Shown here: in pieces, positions 36,938 to 47,942 of the stretch | Layout: the number at the start of each line of letters is the position of its first letter | How positions within the stretch are numbered: the stretch's first letter is position 1 | Source: an uncultured virus (IMG/VR IMGVR_UViG_3300046171_000308) | Taxonomy: Duplodnaviria; Heunggongvirae; Uroviricota; Caudoviricetes | IMG/VR virus record: IMGVR_UViG_3300046171_000308 | DNA length: 64,000 nt | Reading direction: 5' to 3' (one strand) | The notes under the pieces: generated by a model | Told to the model about the DNA's origin: nothing | The model's input: the letters and a program-made list of their open reading frames with translations, nothing else | Databases searched by the model: none | Translations under genes and position numbers: made by a program

Positions 36938-39648
36938 CGCTTCTTCTCATATAGAGCATCTATATCCCAACCCATACCATAGTAAATGTTCTCAACTTTT
37001 TTGATAACGTGCTTTTCTGCCAAAAGAGCATAGTCAAGAGTATAGTCAGCAATTTGCTCTAACTCATAAAAGCCGACCCACCCATCTTTAGGCAACGCAG
37101 TTGGTCCATCGCAAACATGAGTCCAACTAAATGAGTCACCTTTGTCAAGCTTCATGAATCCTTTAGATTCGTCAGCAAGAACATCATTGTGGAACAGGGC
37201 GGCAGTCGCAGACCAATACTTCTTAGCGTAACATGCATCATCATCATCTCTTTGCTCTCCCGTTTTAGGTTCAGGACATTCGCCACAATCACACTCTTTT
37301 TCATAAGCCCAATGCCAATCCATATGATGAGGTAACCATTTGTTCAGTTTAGCGTTAGCTATTAACTGTGAATCTTCAACGGCTCCATTGCGAACTTCAC
37401 TAACTAGTGCATTTATGCTATCTTGAATTTCTTGTGGTGATTCACCATTGAAAATACGCCCAAGTGTCTGCAACTGAATATTACGCCCGATAGGTGCAGT
37501 ATTTGTCTGCTTAGCTTCCATACCTGACATTTTTCTTGAAACTTCGGGCCAACCGTCTTCAGAGAAGTCAAGATTGAGGAATCCCTTCTTGTCATCCCAA
37601 GCCTTTCTACCAGCATATCTGTTCTTCTTTGCAATGAAGTATTTATCCATGATAGCTTCTAACTCGACTACTACTTTATCAGTGCGGAGGTCAGCCTGAA
37701 CATGGTCAGTCAGAATCTTAGCAAGAGCAATAGATTCTTCGTATACTTTCTCTTGAGTCCATTCTTTTGGCATAGTAACGAAGATAGAGTCAGTATGCCC
37801 AAATACTACTTTGAATCCGGCTTCCTCAGCTTTTGCTTTGATAGATAGAAGAGCATTACGACCACCCATAGTAATGGTCTTAGCAATATCTGGGTCATAC
37901 CAGGAAAATTTAGGGAAGGCCATAATTCCATAGAAAGACGCCCTCATTCGCTTTACTGAAAGTTGCATAGCATTCCACTTACGAGCAGAAACTTTGTCAT
38001 TAGCAGCTTCTGCCTCTTTCAGCTTTGCTTTGTATTCATCTCTTTGCTCATCAAGACGAAGAACCATCTTAGGTAAAACTCCAACAGGATTCTTACGGAA
38101 ACGAACACCTTTGTGACCAATCATATCATCATCTAAGTGAGGCATTCCTGGTCGAACCTTAGAAGAGTGACATGTGTTATATGCACACATAATAGAAGGA
38201 TATAGACCAGCGAAATCAAGAATAACTGTCCAGTCATGGAGCCCGACTGAATCTAATTCAACGGGGTCAAGAACGATAGCACCTTCAAGGTCATCATCAT
38301 CATTAGCAAATTCGTGCTCGTACGGATATGTTCTTTGCTTCCAATCCGCTTCTTCATTAAACATAACTTTTGCAAGCCCAGTAGCATAGAAAGTCGAACG
38401 TAGTTGACAACCAATTAGCTGCTGAACAGTCTTATACGAACCAATTACATTCCAAGCATCGTCAATCTGCACAAGCAATTCAACATCCCGGATGTTATAG
38501 TTACGGAACTCCTCCCAGCCGATATGATAATCCTTTGAATAGAAATCAGGAGACTCTAACTTGCCGTCGCGTAGTCCAAGAAATTGAGCAACACGACCTA
38601 AACGAGAAGAAACTAATTCATTATTAGTAGAGTCCTTGTATAGTCGCTTAAACGCTACCATCATATCCAAATGGTCAACTCCTCGTAGCGGTTGTTGCTG
38701 CCACAGATATTCACGACCACCCTTATGGAATGGCTCATCCATGATACCGTAAGGAGACATAGCACCGCCACCATGAACCTCACGAGGCATAAGACCATTC
38801 TCAAAGTGAGTGCCATTCATACAATGAGGAACCCGTAGAGACTCCATACGATGGTAAAGCACAGACATATCGTAGCCAGCGCTGTTCCAGCCAGTTATTA
38901 CATCAAAATCAGATTTGTACAACCACTCAGCAAAAGAAGTAAGCATGGCTTTCTCAGTCTTATGCTTCTTCTCAATGATACTTCTCTCACCGTCTTGAGA
39001 GCTGGTAACTTCTTCTTCCCAGGTAGGATGACAAGCAAAGACAAAGTAAGTATCTAGCCAATTATCGTAAGCAACAATAGAGTTAACCATCTGCTGGTCG
39101 TGCCATATCTCTTTGTTCCAGTCTACTAGCCACTCTGCCTTCAATGGGTCATCTCTATGAAACTGTACGGCTTCAATATCGAAGTAGCACTTGTGAAGAT
39201 TAAACTCTTCGTTACCAACTTGATGCCTAATGGCACAAATATCCTCTTGCGCTAGGTCAGCACCGTATACCGGAGTGTAGTCTTTGAGGAACTTACGCAG
39301 GTCAGAGCGAGAGTTGAAAGTAACACGAGCGAGCTGTCTTCCTTCGATTGTTTTACCCTTCTTTGGTTCGACTTTTAGTATACCAGCACGTTCTACTCTC
39401 CAGTCTTGAGTTAGAAAATCTAAACCATCAGGCACTCTTTGAGGAGTAGTACACTTGACTCTTTTTTGTCCGTCCCAAGTGTATCTTTCAGACAAGTTGT
39501 TAAGGTCGACAAAAGCTTCTGCTGGCACATCATAAAAGTCGACTTTACGATTACCGTCTCCATCTCTTGACCTCACAGCCACTCTTCTTCCATCTAACAT
39601 TCTTCCTTGCCATCCTGGCATCTGCTCACATATTGCTATATTTGTCAC
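36907..39648 (-). CDS. polB: Family B DNA polymerase
   Basis: Exo motifs YFDIE and GWNSAGYD; polymerase motifs DFAGLYPS, KRMRASFYG, FGHTDS, KNRYAG; C-terminal PIP-like YSLDSFF. Confidence 0.95.
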   Translation of the reverse strand: MTNIAICEQMPGWQGRMLDGRRVAVRSRDGDGNRKVDFYDVPAEAFVDLNNLSERYTWDGQKRVKCTTPQRVPDGLDFLTQDWRVERAGILKVEPKKGKTIEGRQLARVTFNSRSDLRKFLKDYTPVYGADLAQEDICAIRHQVGNEEFNLHKCYFDIEAVQFHRDDPLKAEWLVDWNKEIWHDQQMVNSIVAYDNWLDTYFVFACHPTWEEEVTSSQDGERSIIEKKHKTEKAMLTSFAEWLYKSDFDVITGWNSAGYDMSVLYHRMESLRVPHCMNGTHFENGLMPREVHGGGAMSPYGIMDEPFHKGGREYLWQQQPLRGVDHLDMMVAFKRLYKDSTNNELVSSRLGRVAQFLGLRDGKLESPDFYSKDYHIGWEEFRNYNIRDVELLVQIDDAWNVIGSYKTVQQLIGCQLRSTFYATGLAKVMFNEEADWKQRTYPYEHEFANDDDDLEGAIVLDPVELDSVGLHDWTVILDFAGLYPSIMCAYNTCHSSKVRPGMPHLDDDMIGHKGVRFRKNPVGVLPKMVLRLDEQRDEYKAKLKEAEAANDKVSARKWNAMQLSVKRMRASFYGIMAFPKFSWYDPDIAKTITMGGRNALLSIKAKAEEAGFKVVFGHTDSIFVTMPKEWTQEKVYEESIALAKILTDHVQADLRTDKVVVELEAIMDKYFIAKKNRYAGRKAWDDKKGFLNLDFSEDGWPEVSRKMSGMEAKQTNTAPIGRNIQLQTLGRIFNGESPQEIQDSINALVSEVRNGAVEDSQLIANAKLNKWLPHHMDWHWAYEKECDCGECPEPKTGEQRDDDDACYAKKYWSATAALFHNDVLADESKGFMKLDKGDSFSWTHVCDGPTALPKDGWVGFYELEQIADYTLDYALLAEKHVIKKVENIYYGMGWDIDALYEKKRYSLDSFFSI

Positions 39649-40682
39649 TTAAACACCTTCCTTACTGTATATGTATTACCTTCTTTTTCTATAACCCCTA
39701 TAAGGATAAGAATATCAGAGGGGAAATTCCATCGACGATACTTTTCCCCTTGATTGGTACGGTCTATATTCATTGTGTCCCACAAATCAGAGACCTCAAA
39801 TGAGCTACCTATTACTGTAGCTGGCAAGATATGACGAACAATACCCTGCCAAAGAGACCTTACATTTTTATCAGGAACCTCGCGCTGAGTAACTGTTTGC
39901 TTACCTGTTGTCTTAGATATTTCAATCCGGTTGTAAACATGAACATCATATTTTACCCCCAGTTTGTAGTAGAGGGGGAGTACATGCTCGACTGTATGAT
40001 GGTCACTATTTTTAACAAGGCGGTAACCCACTGTTCCATCATCAAGTATCTCGGCTGAATCTTCTATTTTTTCGTTTGGTGTCCTATGATATTTCATTCT
40101 AAGAGGATATTCGTCAATATTTTCAGTATTTTCAGTATTTTCAGTATTTTCATCTGCGCCTAAAGTATCTACATTTTCTTTTTGCGACGTGTCATCTACA
40201 TCTGCCTCTATTCCTGCTTCTTTGAGTATAGAGACTAACTTCTTAGTTAGCTCTGCAGTATCGCAATCAGATACACAACCGTAGCCACCCGATTCTTCAT
40301 GGATATAGAAGTGGTTTTCGTCAGAGTCTTTGCCAACATTTGCGCATAAGGGACACATTGCCTGTAGCCAGGGGCCGCTTTTCGGTCTTAGATTAGTAAG
40401 TAAATTTGGATTTTGTAAGATAGTAGAACCGATACTAGGTCCGTCAGTGTCTTTTGACTTCTTTAATTTCTTAGTTGGCTCGCCTGTGCTAGGAGCTCTT
40501 TCCGGAATAGTACCATCATTAGCCCAAGAAATTACATCTTCCAGAACTTTTTGTTCTCTTTTAGTCTGGAAAACGACATTACCATCTTCAACATTGAAGC
40601 AATGAAGATGATACTCTGGCTCGTTTATGCCACTAGACATTACAAGATATTCTTCCCAGGAAACTTTCCAGCAAGCGCTCAT
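39645..40682 (-). CDS. Hypothetical protein with primase-type Zn-ribbon
   Basis: CPLC...HF...CVSDC; ENT triplet repeat encoded by a 9-bp tandem repeat near 40120-40150. Confidence 0.7.
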   Translation of the reverse strand: MSACWKVSWEEYLVMSSGINEPEYHLHCFNVEDGNVVFQTKREQKVLEDVISWANDGTIPERAPSTGEPTKKLKKSKDTDGPSIGSTILQNPNLLTNLRPKSGPWLQAMCPLCANVGKDSDENHFYIHEESGGYGCVSDCDTAELTKKLVSILKEAGIEADVDDTSQKENVDTLGADENTENTENTENIDEYPLRMKYHRTPNEKIEDSAEILDDGTVGYRLVKNSDHHTVEHVLPLYYKLGVKYDVHVYNRIEISKTTGKQTVTQREVPDKNVRSLWQGIVRHILPATVIGSSFEVSDLWDTMNIDRTNQGEKYRRWNFPSDILILIGVIEKEGNTYTVRKVFK

Positions 40683-40715
40683 AACTCTAATGGTGAGCCA
40701 AACGGGTTATGAACC

Positions 40716-41138
40716 TTACTCATCAATTTCTTCAGGTTCAGGCACTGTATCGCCGTTTTTCTTAGCAAAGGCTGGAACTAATTTAGCAGATGTTCCAAGA
40801 ACAGTATCACCTACGCCAAGCACCGCACCGGCAACTCCAGCTGCTACTTTAGCTGGTGCCGATTTTTCATCAGCACCTTCGTCACGAAGAGCTAGAGGAA
40901 CTCCGGTATTAGTAATATGATGAATTAGCATCCATGCTTGAGCATCAGTTAAGTCGTCACTGCACTCTTGACGAATCAAAGCCTTTGCATATTTCAAAAA
41001 ATGCTGGTAGCCATTTTCTGCAAAAAATTTGTCAGCAGCAGATACCCATGATTCTTCAAGAACAACAACATCACTTACTAGTTTGCGTAGCGTTCCAACT
41101 TCTTTACCGTTATATGTATAGCGTATTTCTTTAGCCAT
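40716..41138 (-). CDS. Hypothetical protein
   Basis: 140-aa ORF, TATA-like TTTATC about 25 nt upstream. Confidence 0.75.
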   Translation of the reverse strand: MAKEIRYTYNGKEVGTLRKLVSDVVVLEESWVSAADKFFAENGYQHFLKYAKALIRQECSDDLTDAQAWMLIHHITNTGVPLALRDEGADEKSAPAKVAAGVAGAVLGVGDTVLGTSAKLVPAFAKKNGDTVPEPEEIDE

Positions 41139-41169
41139 ATTTTTACCACGTTAAGTAATGAAGATAAAG

Positions 41170-41484
41170 CTATTGGGTGGAAATATCGTCCAGGCGGGCG
41201 TTAAACTTAGTTTCTGAAAGCTCCGCAAGCCGTTTTTGTTCAGCTACTTTATCCCTAACCATGCTGCATATACATTGGCGGCAGACTCTGACATCATATA
41301 TAGCGAATCCTTCATCATTAATTATTCTGAAGTCATCGCCGCATATCTGACATATTTTTCTTGGAGCAAAATCCGAAGGATAGTAATTGTGCATATTTGG
41401 GTCGTTAGTAGGTCGGTAATTCCACAAGTGTTGAGGGTGGTAATCCCTTGAATTTCTATATTGCTTATTGCTTAAATTACTCAT
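41170..41484 (-). CDS. Small zinc-finger protein
   Basis: CQIC...CRQC; GAGGTGA SD. Confidence 0.7.
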   Translation of the reverse strand: MSNLSNKQYRNSRDYHPQHLWNYRPTNDPNMHNYYPSDFAPRKICQICGDDFRIINDEGFAIYDVRVCRQCICSMVRDKVAEQKRLAELSETKFNARLDDISTQ

Positions 41485-41693
41485 CTAGTCACCTCTTTTT
41501 GTTGCAGCCAATCAATCTTTTCATAACATCTCTTCAACTCAGCAATTAGGGTAGGTAGTTTGGCGATAGTTTCTGCTTCTTCTAAGGAAAAGTTGTCTCT
41601 TCCTGTCTTAATCGCATAACCGCCATCGGGTCGTTGTTTAACTTCCCATTCTCCTATTCCTTGAAATTGAGTCAAGTTAATTCTGTTACTCAT
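41481..41693 (-). CDS. Small protein related to the 1..523 family
   Basis: RINLTQF.G...AETIAKLPTLIAELKRCY; GAGGTGA SD. Confidence 0.7.
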   Translation of the reverse strand: MSNRINLTQFQGIGEWEVKQRPDGGYAIKTGRDNFSLEEAETIAKLPTLIAELKRCYEKIDWLQQKEVTR

Positions 41694-41702
41694 CTAGTCA
41701 CC

Positions 41703-42077
41703 TCAAAAAATCATTTTCTCTACATACTCATCTTTAGCGTCGTGTAGTATCCAGCTTTTCTGCAGAGATGGAGAATATTTGTCCGCCTTCTTTTCTAAGA
41801 AGTCTTCTTTACTTTCTGACCATAATACTTCTATTATCGGCAAAACGTGTGTTGGTGCTACTATGTCTGGGCGCACTCCAGTATTCAGTCTTACTTCCGT
41901 AGCAAATGGAATACCATATTCCAGCAGCGTACAGCAAATCTCGCAGACTCTGATATTATGCTCGCGGGTGTTAGCCGAGGATAATCGAATGGCTCCCCAA
42001 AGTGGTTTGTGCATCTTGTCCCCATGTTCTCTCCACCAATCATTTATCTTTTGTTGAGTCTTTGCATCTAGCTTCAT
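41703..42077 (-). CDS. PD-(D/E)XK-like nuclease-fold protein
   Basis: FATEVRL...RPDIVA...IIEV. Confidence 0.55.
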   Translation of the reverse strand: MKLDAKTQQKINDWWREHGDKMHKPLWGAIRLSSANTREHNIRVCEICCTLLEYGIPFATEVRLNTGVRPDIVAPTHVLPIIEVLWSESKEDFLEKKADKYSPSLQKSWILHDAKDEYVEKMIF

Positions 42078-42116
42078 TACTAACCCTCAAACTTTTTCAC
42101 TTTTCACCCTCTGAGT

Positions 42117-42785
42117 CTAGGGGTGAAGGGTAAAATCTCCAGTTTTTTCGTATTTGTCAATAAAATCAATGATTTGAGCGCAGTGGGACACTATTTGGTT
42201 AATATTATTCTCAATATACTCATCATCGTAGGCGTCGAAGTAGTTTTTCGGTTTATCATTTAACCCAGCAAACAGACGACCAACAAACTCTGCTCCATAG
42301 TCATCCATCTTGTGAACCATTGCACCATATTCAAATTCTCCGTTCCCTATAATATCAATTAAAATTTGACCTATTGGATATTGCCAATTTTCTATGTCAT
42401 CATCATCAGCGCCTCGTAATAAGTGCCTAGTTTTTTTACGAAGTATAGGATATAGTTTTAGCCTTAATTCATTTTCTCCATCTTCTATTTCGTTGAGAAT
42501 ATGAGATACTGTATGGGCACAAAACTCAGAGACAAACGCTTCATGGAGTGCTCGTGTATGCACTGAGAAGTTAGGGTCAAATATCATTAAAAATGCTTCT
42601 CCAGCTGCTATACAGCGTTGCTTAAGGCTGGCCAGTTCTACAATATCATGGATATATTCTGTATTGTGTTCATAGCTTTCATAGTCATCAAATACTTGCT
42701 TTATCAAACACGAAGCCCCCGGCCAGATTACTCGTTTAGACTCCACATCAATATCTTCTCCGAGCCCGCCTTCAAATGTCCACAT
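42117..42785 (-). CDS. Hypothetical acidic protein
   Basis: 222-aa ORF. Confidence 0.75.
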   Translation of the reverse strand: MWTFEGGLGEDIDVESKRVIWPGASCLIKQVFDDYESYEHNTEYIHDIVELASLKQRCIAAGEAFLMIFDPNFSVHTRALHEAFVSEFCAHTVSHILNEIEDGENELRLKLYPILRKKTRHLLRGADDDDIENWQYPIGQILIDIIGNGEFEYGAMVHKMDDYGAEFVGRLFAGLNDKPKNYFDAYDDEYIENNINQIVSHCAQIIDFIDKYEKTGDFTLHP

Positions 42786-42809
42786 AGTAATCCTACCTAT
42801 TTTATCAAC

Positions 42810-43733
42810 TTAAGAGTTGTCTCCATCTAGCTCTGGATTTTCTTTCATTTCTTGTAAGAAATATTTACCACAGTATTCATCTTCATCGTTTACTCCTTTC
42901 CAGGGAATAGCGAAAGTCATTATTCTTCTAATACCCATAGGGGTCCAATTTTTTGCTCTTCTAGTTCGCCATCCATCTTCATTAGCCCACTTAGATAATT
43001 GTCGGTATGAACTTCCTGGTCGCTGAAGTATGCGGTCATAGAGAGCAAGAATAAATCGCATCTCTGCAGGATTGTAAAGTAGCTTTCCATAATTTTCTGG
43101 GTCTTCTCTTTGGGTAAGAACACGTAGACCGTAAGGCGGAGACCCTGCCCATATACCCTTTTCTTCTAATGCTTTCATCCCTCGTCTAGTCTTTGATTTC
43201 AAGTCATTACGATAGTATTCAGCAAAAGCTGCCCCCATAGTAAGCATCATTCTTCCAGCTGGTGTAGACAAATCCATACCTCCAAAATTAAGATAGTGGA
43301 AGTAGATACCTTCTGCCTTTCTCTGTCTAATTTCTGATAGTAGCATTTCTGTGTCACGAGAATGTCTGTCTGAATGCTCAAACAAAATATTAGGGATTCC
43401 ATTCTCTCTACAATAATCTAAACAAGCAAGATAGATTGGGTGTTTATGAAATACCGAACCTGACACATCTTCTACACACCAAGCTTTGCCTCCATGAGCA
43501 AACATGGTTCGCAAATCCGTATCTTCGATGTCAGGGTACCTTTCCCAAAAGGTACCTTTTCGTTCTCCATCCTTTCCTAGCGCTGGCGGGGTGATTAGGT
43601 CATATTCTGAGTAAAGTCCAGCTTCCAGAGCATAATCAAGCGCCACCAGCTGAGATTCTAGCCCCTTTTCCTGCTTAAGTGTACTTGTACGCCCTATAAT
43701 GACGATTTGCTCCCTATAATCATGGGATTCCAT
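42810..43733 (-). CDS. Serine recombinase (resolvase domain plus Recombinase domain)
   Basis: GRTSTLKQ...LESQ, EDVSG, DRHSRD, TPAGRMMLTMGAAFAE, GSPPYG. Confidence 0.9.
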   Translation of the reverse strand: MESHDYREQIVIIGRTSTLKQEKGLESQLVALDYALEAGLYSEYDLITPPALGKDGERKGTFWERYPDIEDTDLRTMFAHGGKAWCVEDVSGSVFHKHPIYLACLDYCRENGIPNILFEHSDRHSRDTEMLLSEIRQRKAEGIYFHYLNFGGMDLSTPAGRMMLTMGAAFAEYYRNDLKSKTRRGMKALEEKGIWAGSPPYGLRVLTQREDPENYGKLLYNPAEMRFILALYDRILQRPGSSYRQLSKWANEDGWRTRRAKNWTPMGIRRIMTFAIPWKGVNDEDEYCGKYFLQEMKENPELDGDNS

Positions 43734-43923
43734 AGTATATTGGTACCTTCAGGATGGGTATAAGTGTATCGTCGAGGCCCCCCGATATGGGAAACACCGA
43801 TGATACACCTATGATATTGGTAGTAAACCTCTAAGGTTAGAGCAAACCCTGCTATGGTTGGTTATCAAAACCTACCCTTTTAGAAAGGAACCTTAATAAC
43901 CCGCTTGCGACCCAGATTGTATT

Positions 43924-44220
43924 ATGAGCAGTGACGAAAGAAAACTAACTGGTTCTGAGCGTAAAGCAAAAATGCTTTTGCCTTGGATTAATCAAGTTGT
44001 CGAGGTTGGAGAAGAAGTCACGGCTAAACAAGTAATTGAAAGGCTATGTTCTGCTAGCTCCCCAGTAAGGAGAATCGGCCAGCCTCAAACCAAAGGTGTC
44101 TATCGCAATCTCAAGTATGTACCTAATAGTGGTAGCATGAGCCGTATACTAGATAGATATGACCATTATAAATTAGTTTCAACATTAGGTAAAGTAAAGA
44201 TATGGAGGAGAGTCGAATGA
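43924..44220 (+). CDS. Small winged-helix-like protein
   Basis: 98-aa ORF; TTAATAA TATA-like box about 25 nt upstream. Confidence 0.65.
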   Translation: MSSDERKLTGSERKAKMLLPWINQVVEVGEEVTAKQVIERLCSASSPVRRIGQPQTKGVYRNLKYVPNSGSMSRILDRYDHYKLVSTLGKVKIWRRVE

Positions 44221-44474
44221 ACAAAAAAGAGATATTAGAAAGACTAGAAGGCGAGATAGAAAGGATAGCCAAATTAAAAAATGCTGCTTTTAATGTACGT
44301 CAGTTTGATGATGTTTGGCTCTTAAGTCAGAGGATGGACGGGTTATTTTATGCTAGACATTTAATCTCCGGCAACCTCGATGTCCTTGAATGCTACGAGA
44401 CTGGAAGGAATAATTCCCACGGGGCCAGGCTTAGTAGAGAAACTCAAAAGCTCATTACGGAGGCTTCACAATGA
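44202..44474 (+). CDS. Hypothetical protein
   Basis: 90-aa ORF. Confidence 0.65.
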   Translation: MEESRMNKKEILERLEGEIERIAKLKNAAFNVRQFDDVWLLSQRMDGLFYARHLISGNLDVLECYETGRNNSHGARLSRETQKLITEASQ

Positions 44475-44803
44475 ATATAGTCCTTCTTTGTTGTGTCCTT
44501 ATTCTCTTATTTCTTTTTGGTCTTTTAGCTGGAGCCATAGACTATGAATTACAAAATAGTGTCATATTAGGACGTGAAGAAGAATGAATGAAAACGATTC
44601 AATAGGTCAGATAGCCATTGACGCAATAACAATCATACAACATCTAGGGCAACATGAATTGGCTGAAATTCTAATGAATAGATATGAGAAGGTGAGCAAA
44701 TGAAATGCAAAACTCCTATGCGCTGTAGACCAGAATTCGAGGGCAAAGCATACTGTAAAAGATGCGCCCAGGAACATAAAGAAACAAAAGGAAGTGAACA
44801 AGA

Positions 44804-46522
44804 ATGAAAAGAGAAACTATACCAGCACCAGTGAATAATAGCATTAGAACGTTTATATCGGGACAAAAATTCAGCATACCAGAATATCAGAGACGATACG
44901 ATTGGTCATCTGAACAAATAACAGAAATGTGGGATGACTTAGTTAAGTATATTCTAATAGTGAAAAACCAAGACCCAATATTAGGTGTTCATTACTTTGG
45001 TAATAGTATCATTTATGAGAACGATAAGGGAGTAAAAGAGTTAGTCGATGGTCAGCAGAGAACCCTAACATTTGCTGCCTTGATTGCTGCATTCAGAGAT
45101 TTCTTTACTAAGGCAGAGATTGACGATGATGGAGAAGCAAAGCGATTATTGTGGAAAACATTTCCTGGAGAAACTTACATTTATTCAACCAATACACCGG
45201 ATAATACAGCCCTCCAAGAGCTACTCAATCCAGCAGTAGATAATAAGCCGGAAAAAGCTATTGTAGCGAGTTTATCAAGGCTTCACAAAGCATATAAGAG
45301 ATTTTATGCTAAAATTTCAGAGGCTTATCAGGAAGAGCTAGAGTATCATAGAGGGGATGAAATTAAAGCCAAAACAGCAGCTCTGCAGTGGTACTTTGAC
45401 ATTATTGACCACAGCATTGTTTCGTCCGTTACTAGCAATAGTCGAAGTGGTGCATTTATTATGTTCAAGACTCTCAACAACAGAGGGCTAAATCTTTCAG
45501 CTTCGGATGTAGTTAAGATAGAGCTACTAGACTTCCTAAAACAGTGTAACCTAAGCGAAAAGGTATTCACAGATTTATGGGCGCAGATAGACGTTGATTG
45601 TAAGGAATCAGGACAGAATATTGGATATATGTTGGGTGATTACTACAAAGCAAGGACTGGAAATATGATAAGCTCTGCCGGATTAATCAAGCATTGGGAA
45701 GAGTTACTTAATCCACTAGCAAAAACACAGAAAGTAGGAAGCAAACTTGCCAAGGAATTGGCTCTTTTCAGCGCAGAATGGTCTGCTTGGTTTTTCAAAA
45801 GAGACGATGACCAAGAGCATAATGACTTAGTTGGAATGAGAGTATCTAATCAATACGCACCACTTCTTGCCGCTTACAAAGCAAAAAGCGGTAATTCAGT
45901 TACTAAGGGTCTACGCACTAAGGTTAGAAAGTGCATTGAGTATGTTCACATCCATGCAAAGTTAGCGGGGTTAGAAGATGCTAACACTCTAAAGAAGACT
46001 TATGTTCAATGGGCTGCGTGGATGTATCGAGACAATAACCCACAAGATGCTGTAAATCTGATTATTGATAATGCTGCTAAATTTAAGGTTCCTAATGTAA
46101 CTACATTCAAAACTAATCTTAAGCATAATGATTCTCTTACAACAGAACAAGCAAGATTCTTACTACGAACAATAGAGGTTTTGAAAGAGTCAGGCAAGAA
46201 GCCTAGCGAGATGACACATGTCGAACACATTGTACCTAAAGCGTGGAGAAAGGGAGACTGGGACCATATCAAATGGAATGAGCACGAAAACAAACTAAAC
46301 AATTTAGGCAATTTGACTTTGCTGGAAGAGAAAACTAACATGTCTATAGGAAACGGCAGCTGGGCAATCAAAGAACCAGAATACAGAAAGTCTACTATAA
46401 AAATCAACAAAGAAATTGTAGCTAAGAATCACCAAGCCTGGAACGATTCTACAATTGCGAAGAGATGTGACGAGCTTGCTGGGGTTCTGTATGAGAAGTT
46501 ACTGCTACCAAATAAAGGGTGA
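44804..46522 (+). CDS. GmrSD-like type IV restriction endonuclease (DUF262 plus DUF1524/HNH)
   Basis: IPEYQRRYDW, LVDGQQRT, FKTLNNRGLNL, HVEHIVP, LGNLTLL..N. Confidence 0.9.
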   Translation: MKRETIPAPVNNSIRTFISGQKFSIPEYQRRYDWSSEQITEMWDDLVKYILIVKNQDPILGVHYFGNSIIYENDKGVKELVDGQQRTLTFAALIAAFRDFFTKAEIDDDGEAKRLLWKTFPGETYIYSTNTPDNTALQELLNPAVDNKPEKAIVASLSRLHKAYKRFYAKISEAYQEELEYHRGDEIKAKTAALQWYFDIIDHSIVSSVTSNSRSGAFIMFKTLNNRGLNLSASDVVKIELLDFLKQCNLSEKVFTDLWAQIDVDCKESGQNIGYMLGDYYKARTGNMISSAGLIKHWEELLNPLAKTQKVGSKLAKELALFSAEWSAWFFKRDDDQEHNDLVGMRVSNQYAPLLAAYKAKSGNSVTKGLRTKVRKCIEYVHIHAKLAGLEDANTLKKTYVQWAAWMYRDNNPQDAVNLIIDNAAKFKVPNVTTFKTNLKHNDSLTTEQARFLLRTIEVLKESGKKPSEMTHVEHIVPKAWRKGDWDHIKWNEHENKLNNLGNLTLLEEKTNMSIGNGSWAIKEPEYRKSTIKINKEIVAKNHQAWNDSTIAKRCDELAGVLYEKLLLPNKG

Positions 46523-46872
46523 ATAAAATGGCGTGTAAACACTGTGAACAAGGATATTGTATTGATATGCCATGTCCATATTGTACTAATGGAGAGGATG
46601 AATAATGACAGCTAAGAAGCCAAAAGTTTCTTGCCCTCATTGTCATAATCATGTAGTGCCAGCAGCAATTAATACCTGCCCTAGTTGTCATGAGTTTCTA
46701 AATGTACACCCATCGGAGGCTTGAATTTGAGAGATTCTAAAGGCACTACTTTATGCAAAGCTAGATGCTTGTGGTGCAAGAAGGTTGTCAAGGGGAGTAT
46801 ACATTTTGAAAACTCTCTATTAGTAAAGATAAAGACCGTCTGTAAAACCTGTGGTATTCAGGAGATGGCACT

Positions 46873-47322
46873 ATGAGTAATTACCCTGCCGGAATGAATT
46901 GGGAAGCTTACGACGAATATCAAGACCCTATGTTAGAGTGCGGGCATTATGCAAGTGACTCTTGCGATTGTTGGTGCCCGGAGCTTTTTGCAAACCGTGG
47001 CCACATAGTTGGAGAGTGTAATTCTGATAACTGTAAACTCTATAGATGCAAAGACTGCGATGAACCAGTAGATGAAATTAACACACTATGCAAAGAGTGT
47101 ATTGCTGAGAGAGGGTGCCAATGCGTCGACGGAAACCGTAGAGTATGGATTCACTGTTTAATAGGTGTTTCGCATCCAGCACCTGCCATCTTTTCGGTTC
47201 AGAAAAAATATTTGTACACTCACTGGACATTTACTCCGACTAATGTAAGTATAGAAAAACGCCGAACTACTTACGTTGAAAAAGTAACTTGTTCAGTTTG
47301 TTTTTTGGAGGTAGATGTATGA
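46873..47322 (+). CDS. Cys-rich protein
   Basis: MSNYPAGM start, many CxxC motifs. Confidence 0.7.
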   Translation: MSNYPAGMNWEAYDEYQDPMLECGHYASDSCDCWCPELFANRGHIVGECNSDNCKLYRCKDCDEPVDEINTLCKECIAERGCQCVDGNRRVWIHCLIGVSHPAPAIFSVQKKYLYTHWTFTPTNVSIEKRRTTYVEKVTCSVCFLEVDV

Positions 47323-47437
47323 TAGATTTGATTGTAGGTATCGGCGTTTGTTTTTTGTTATATCTTCTAGGACATTTGTTATATCCTAATAATTTTACAC
47401 CCCATGAAACAAGAGGCATTTTAGGAGAGGAAGAGTA

Positions 47438-47650
47438 ATGATAGAATTAGAATTTTGCAATTTAGCATTGAGCTTATACATACTATGGGCAGTATCAAAG
47501 ATATACATAAGAACCAATATGATTGGGCAGCTCAGCGCAGTAACCTTGACTCAAGTATCTAAGGCACAGGCCACAGACTACCCAGATATACCGACAGAAG
47601 AAGAAGTATTAGAGAGAATCAAAAGCTGGGAATCCTGGGATACGGAGTGA
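47438..47650 (+). CDS. Small membrane protein
   Basis: N-terminal hydrophobic segment. Confidence 0.6.
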   Translation: MIELEFCNLALSLYILWAVSKIYIRTNMIGQLSAVTLTQVSKAQATDYPDIPTEEEVLERIKSWESWDTE

Positions 47651-47654
47651 TTCT

Positions 47655-47942
47655 ATGGGCGACTCTCGATGGTTAATGGAAATGCGACAAAGAAGATATG
47701 TTGCTACTAAAAGGGCTATAGAGAAATTAAACGGCAAGCCTTTCACTGCGAGAGACCTTCTACCTAAAGTAAACCGAGAGTTATGGTCTAACGATAGATG
47801 GTGGATGAATGTTCCAGCAGTTGTCGGCGCTCTAAAGCGATTGAAAAAAGAAAACTATATTGAAAAATGTAATGAAGAATGGAAAGAGGGTAGAAATAAA
47901 CTATACTCTAGCTCTGTCTATCGCCAAGTTGATTCTGGTTGA
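47655..47942 (+). CDS. Small winged-helix-like protein
   Basis: PFTARDLL...VVGALKRLKKENYIEK. Confidence 0.6.
   Translation: MGDSRWLMEMRQRRYVATKRAIEKLNGKPFTARDLLPKVNRELWSNDRWWMNVPAVVGALKRLKKENYIEKCNEEWKEGRNKLYSSSVYRQVDSG

Noticed and set aside
40120..40150. 9-bp tandem repeat (TTTTCAGTA x3)
   Set aside because: In-frame ENT low-complexity linker; ordinary slippage, too small to indicate a Borg-like repeat system
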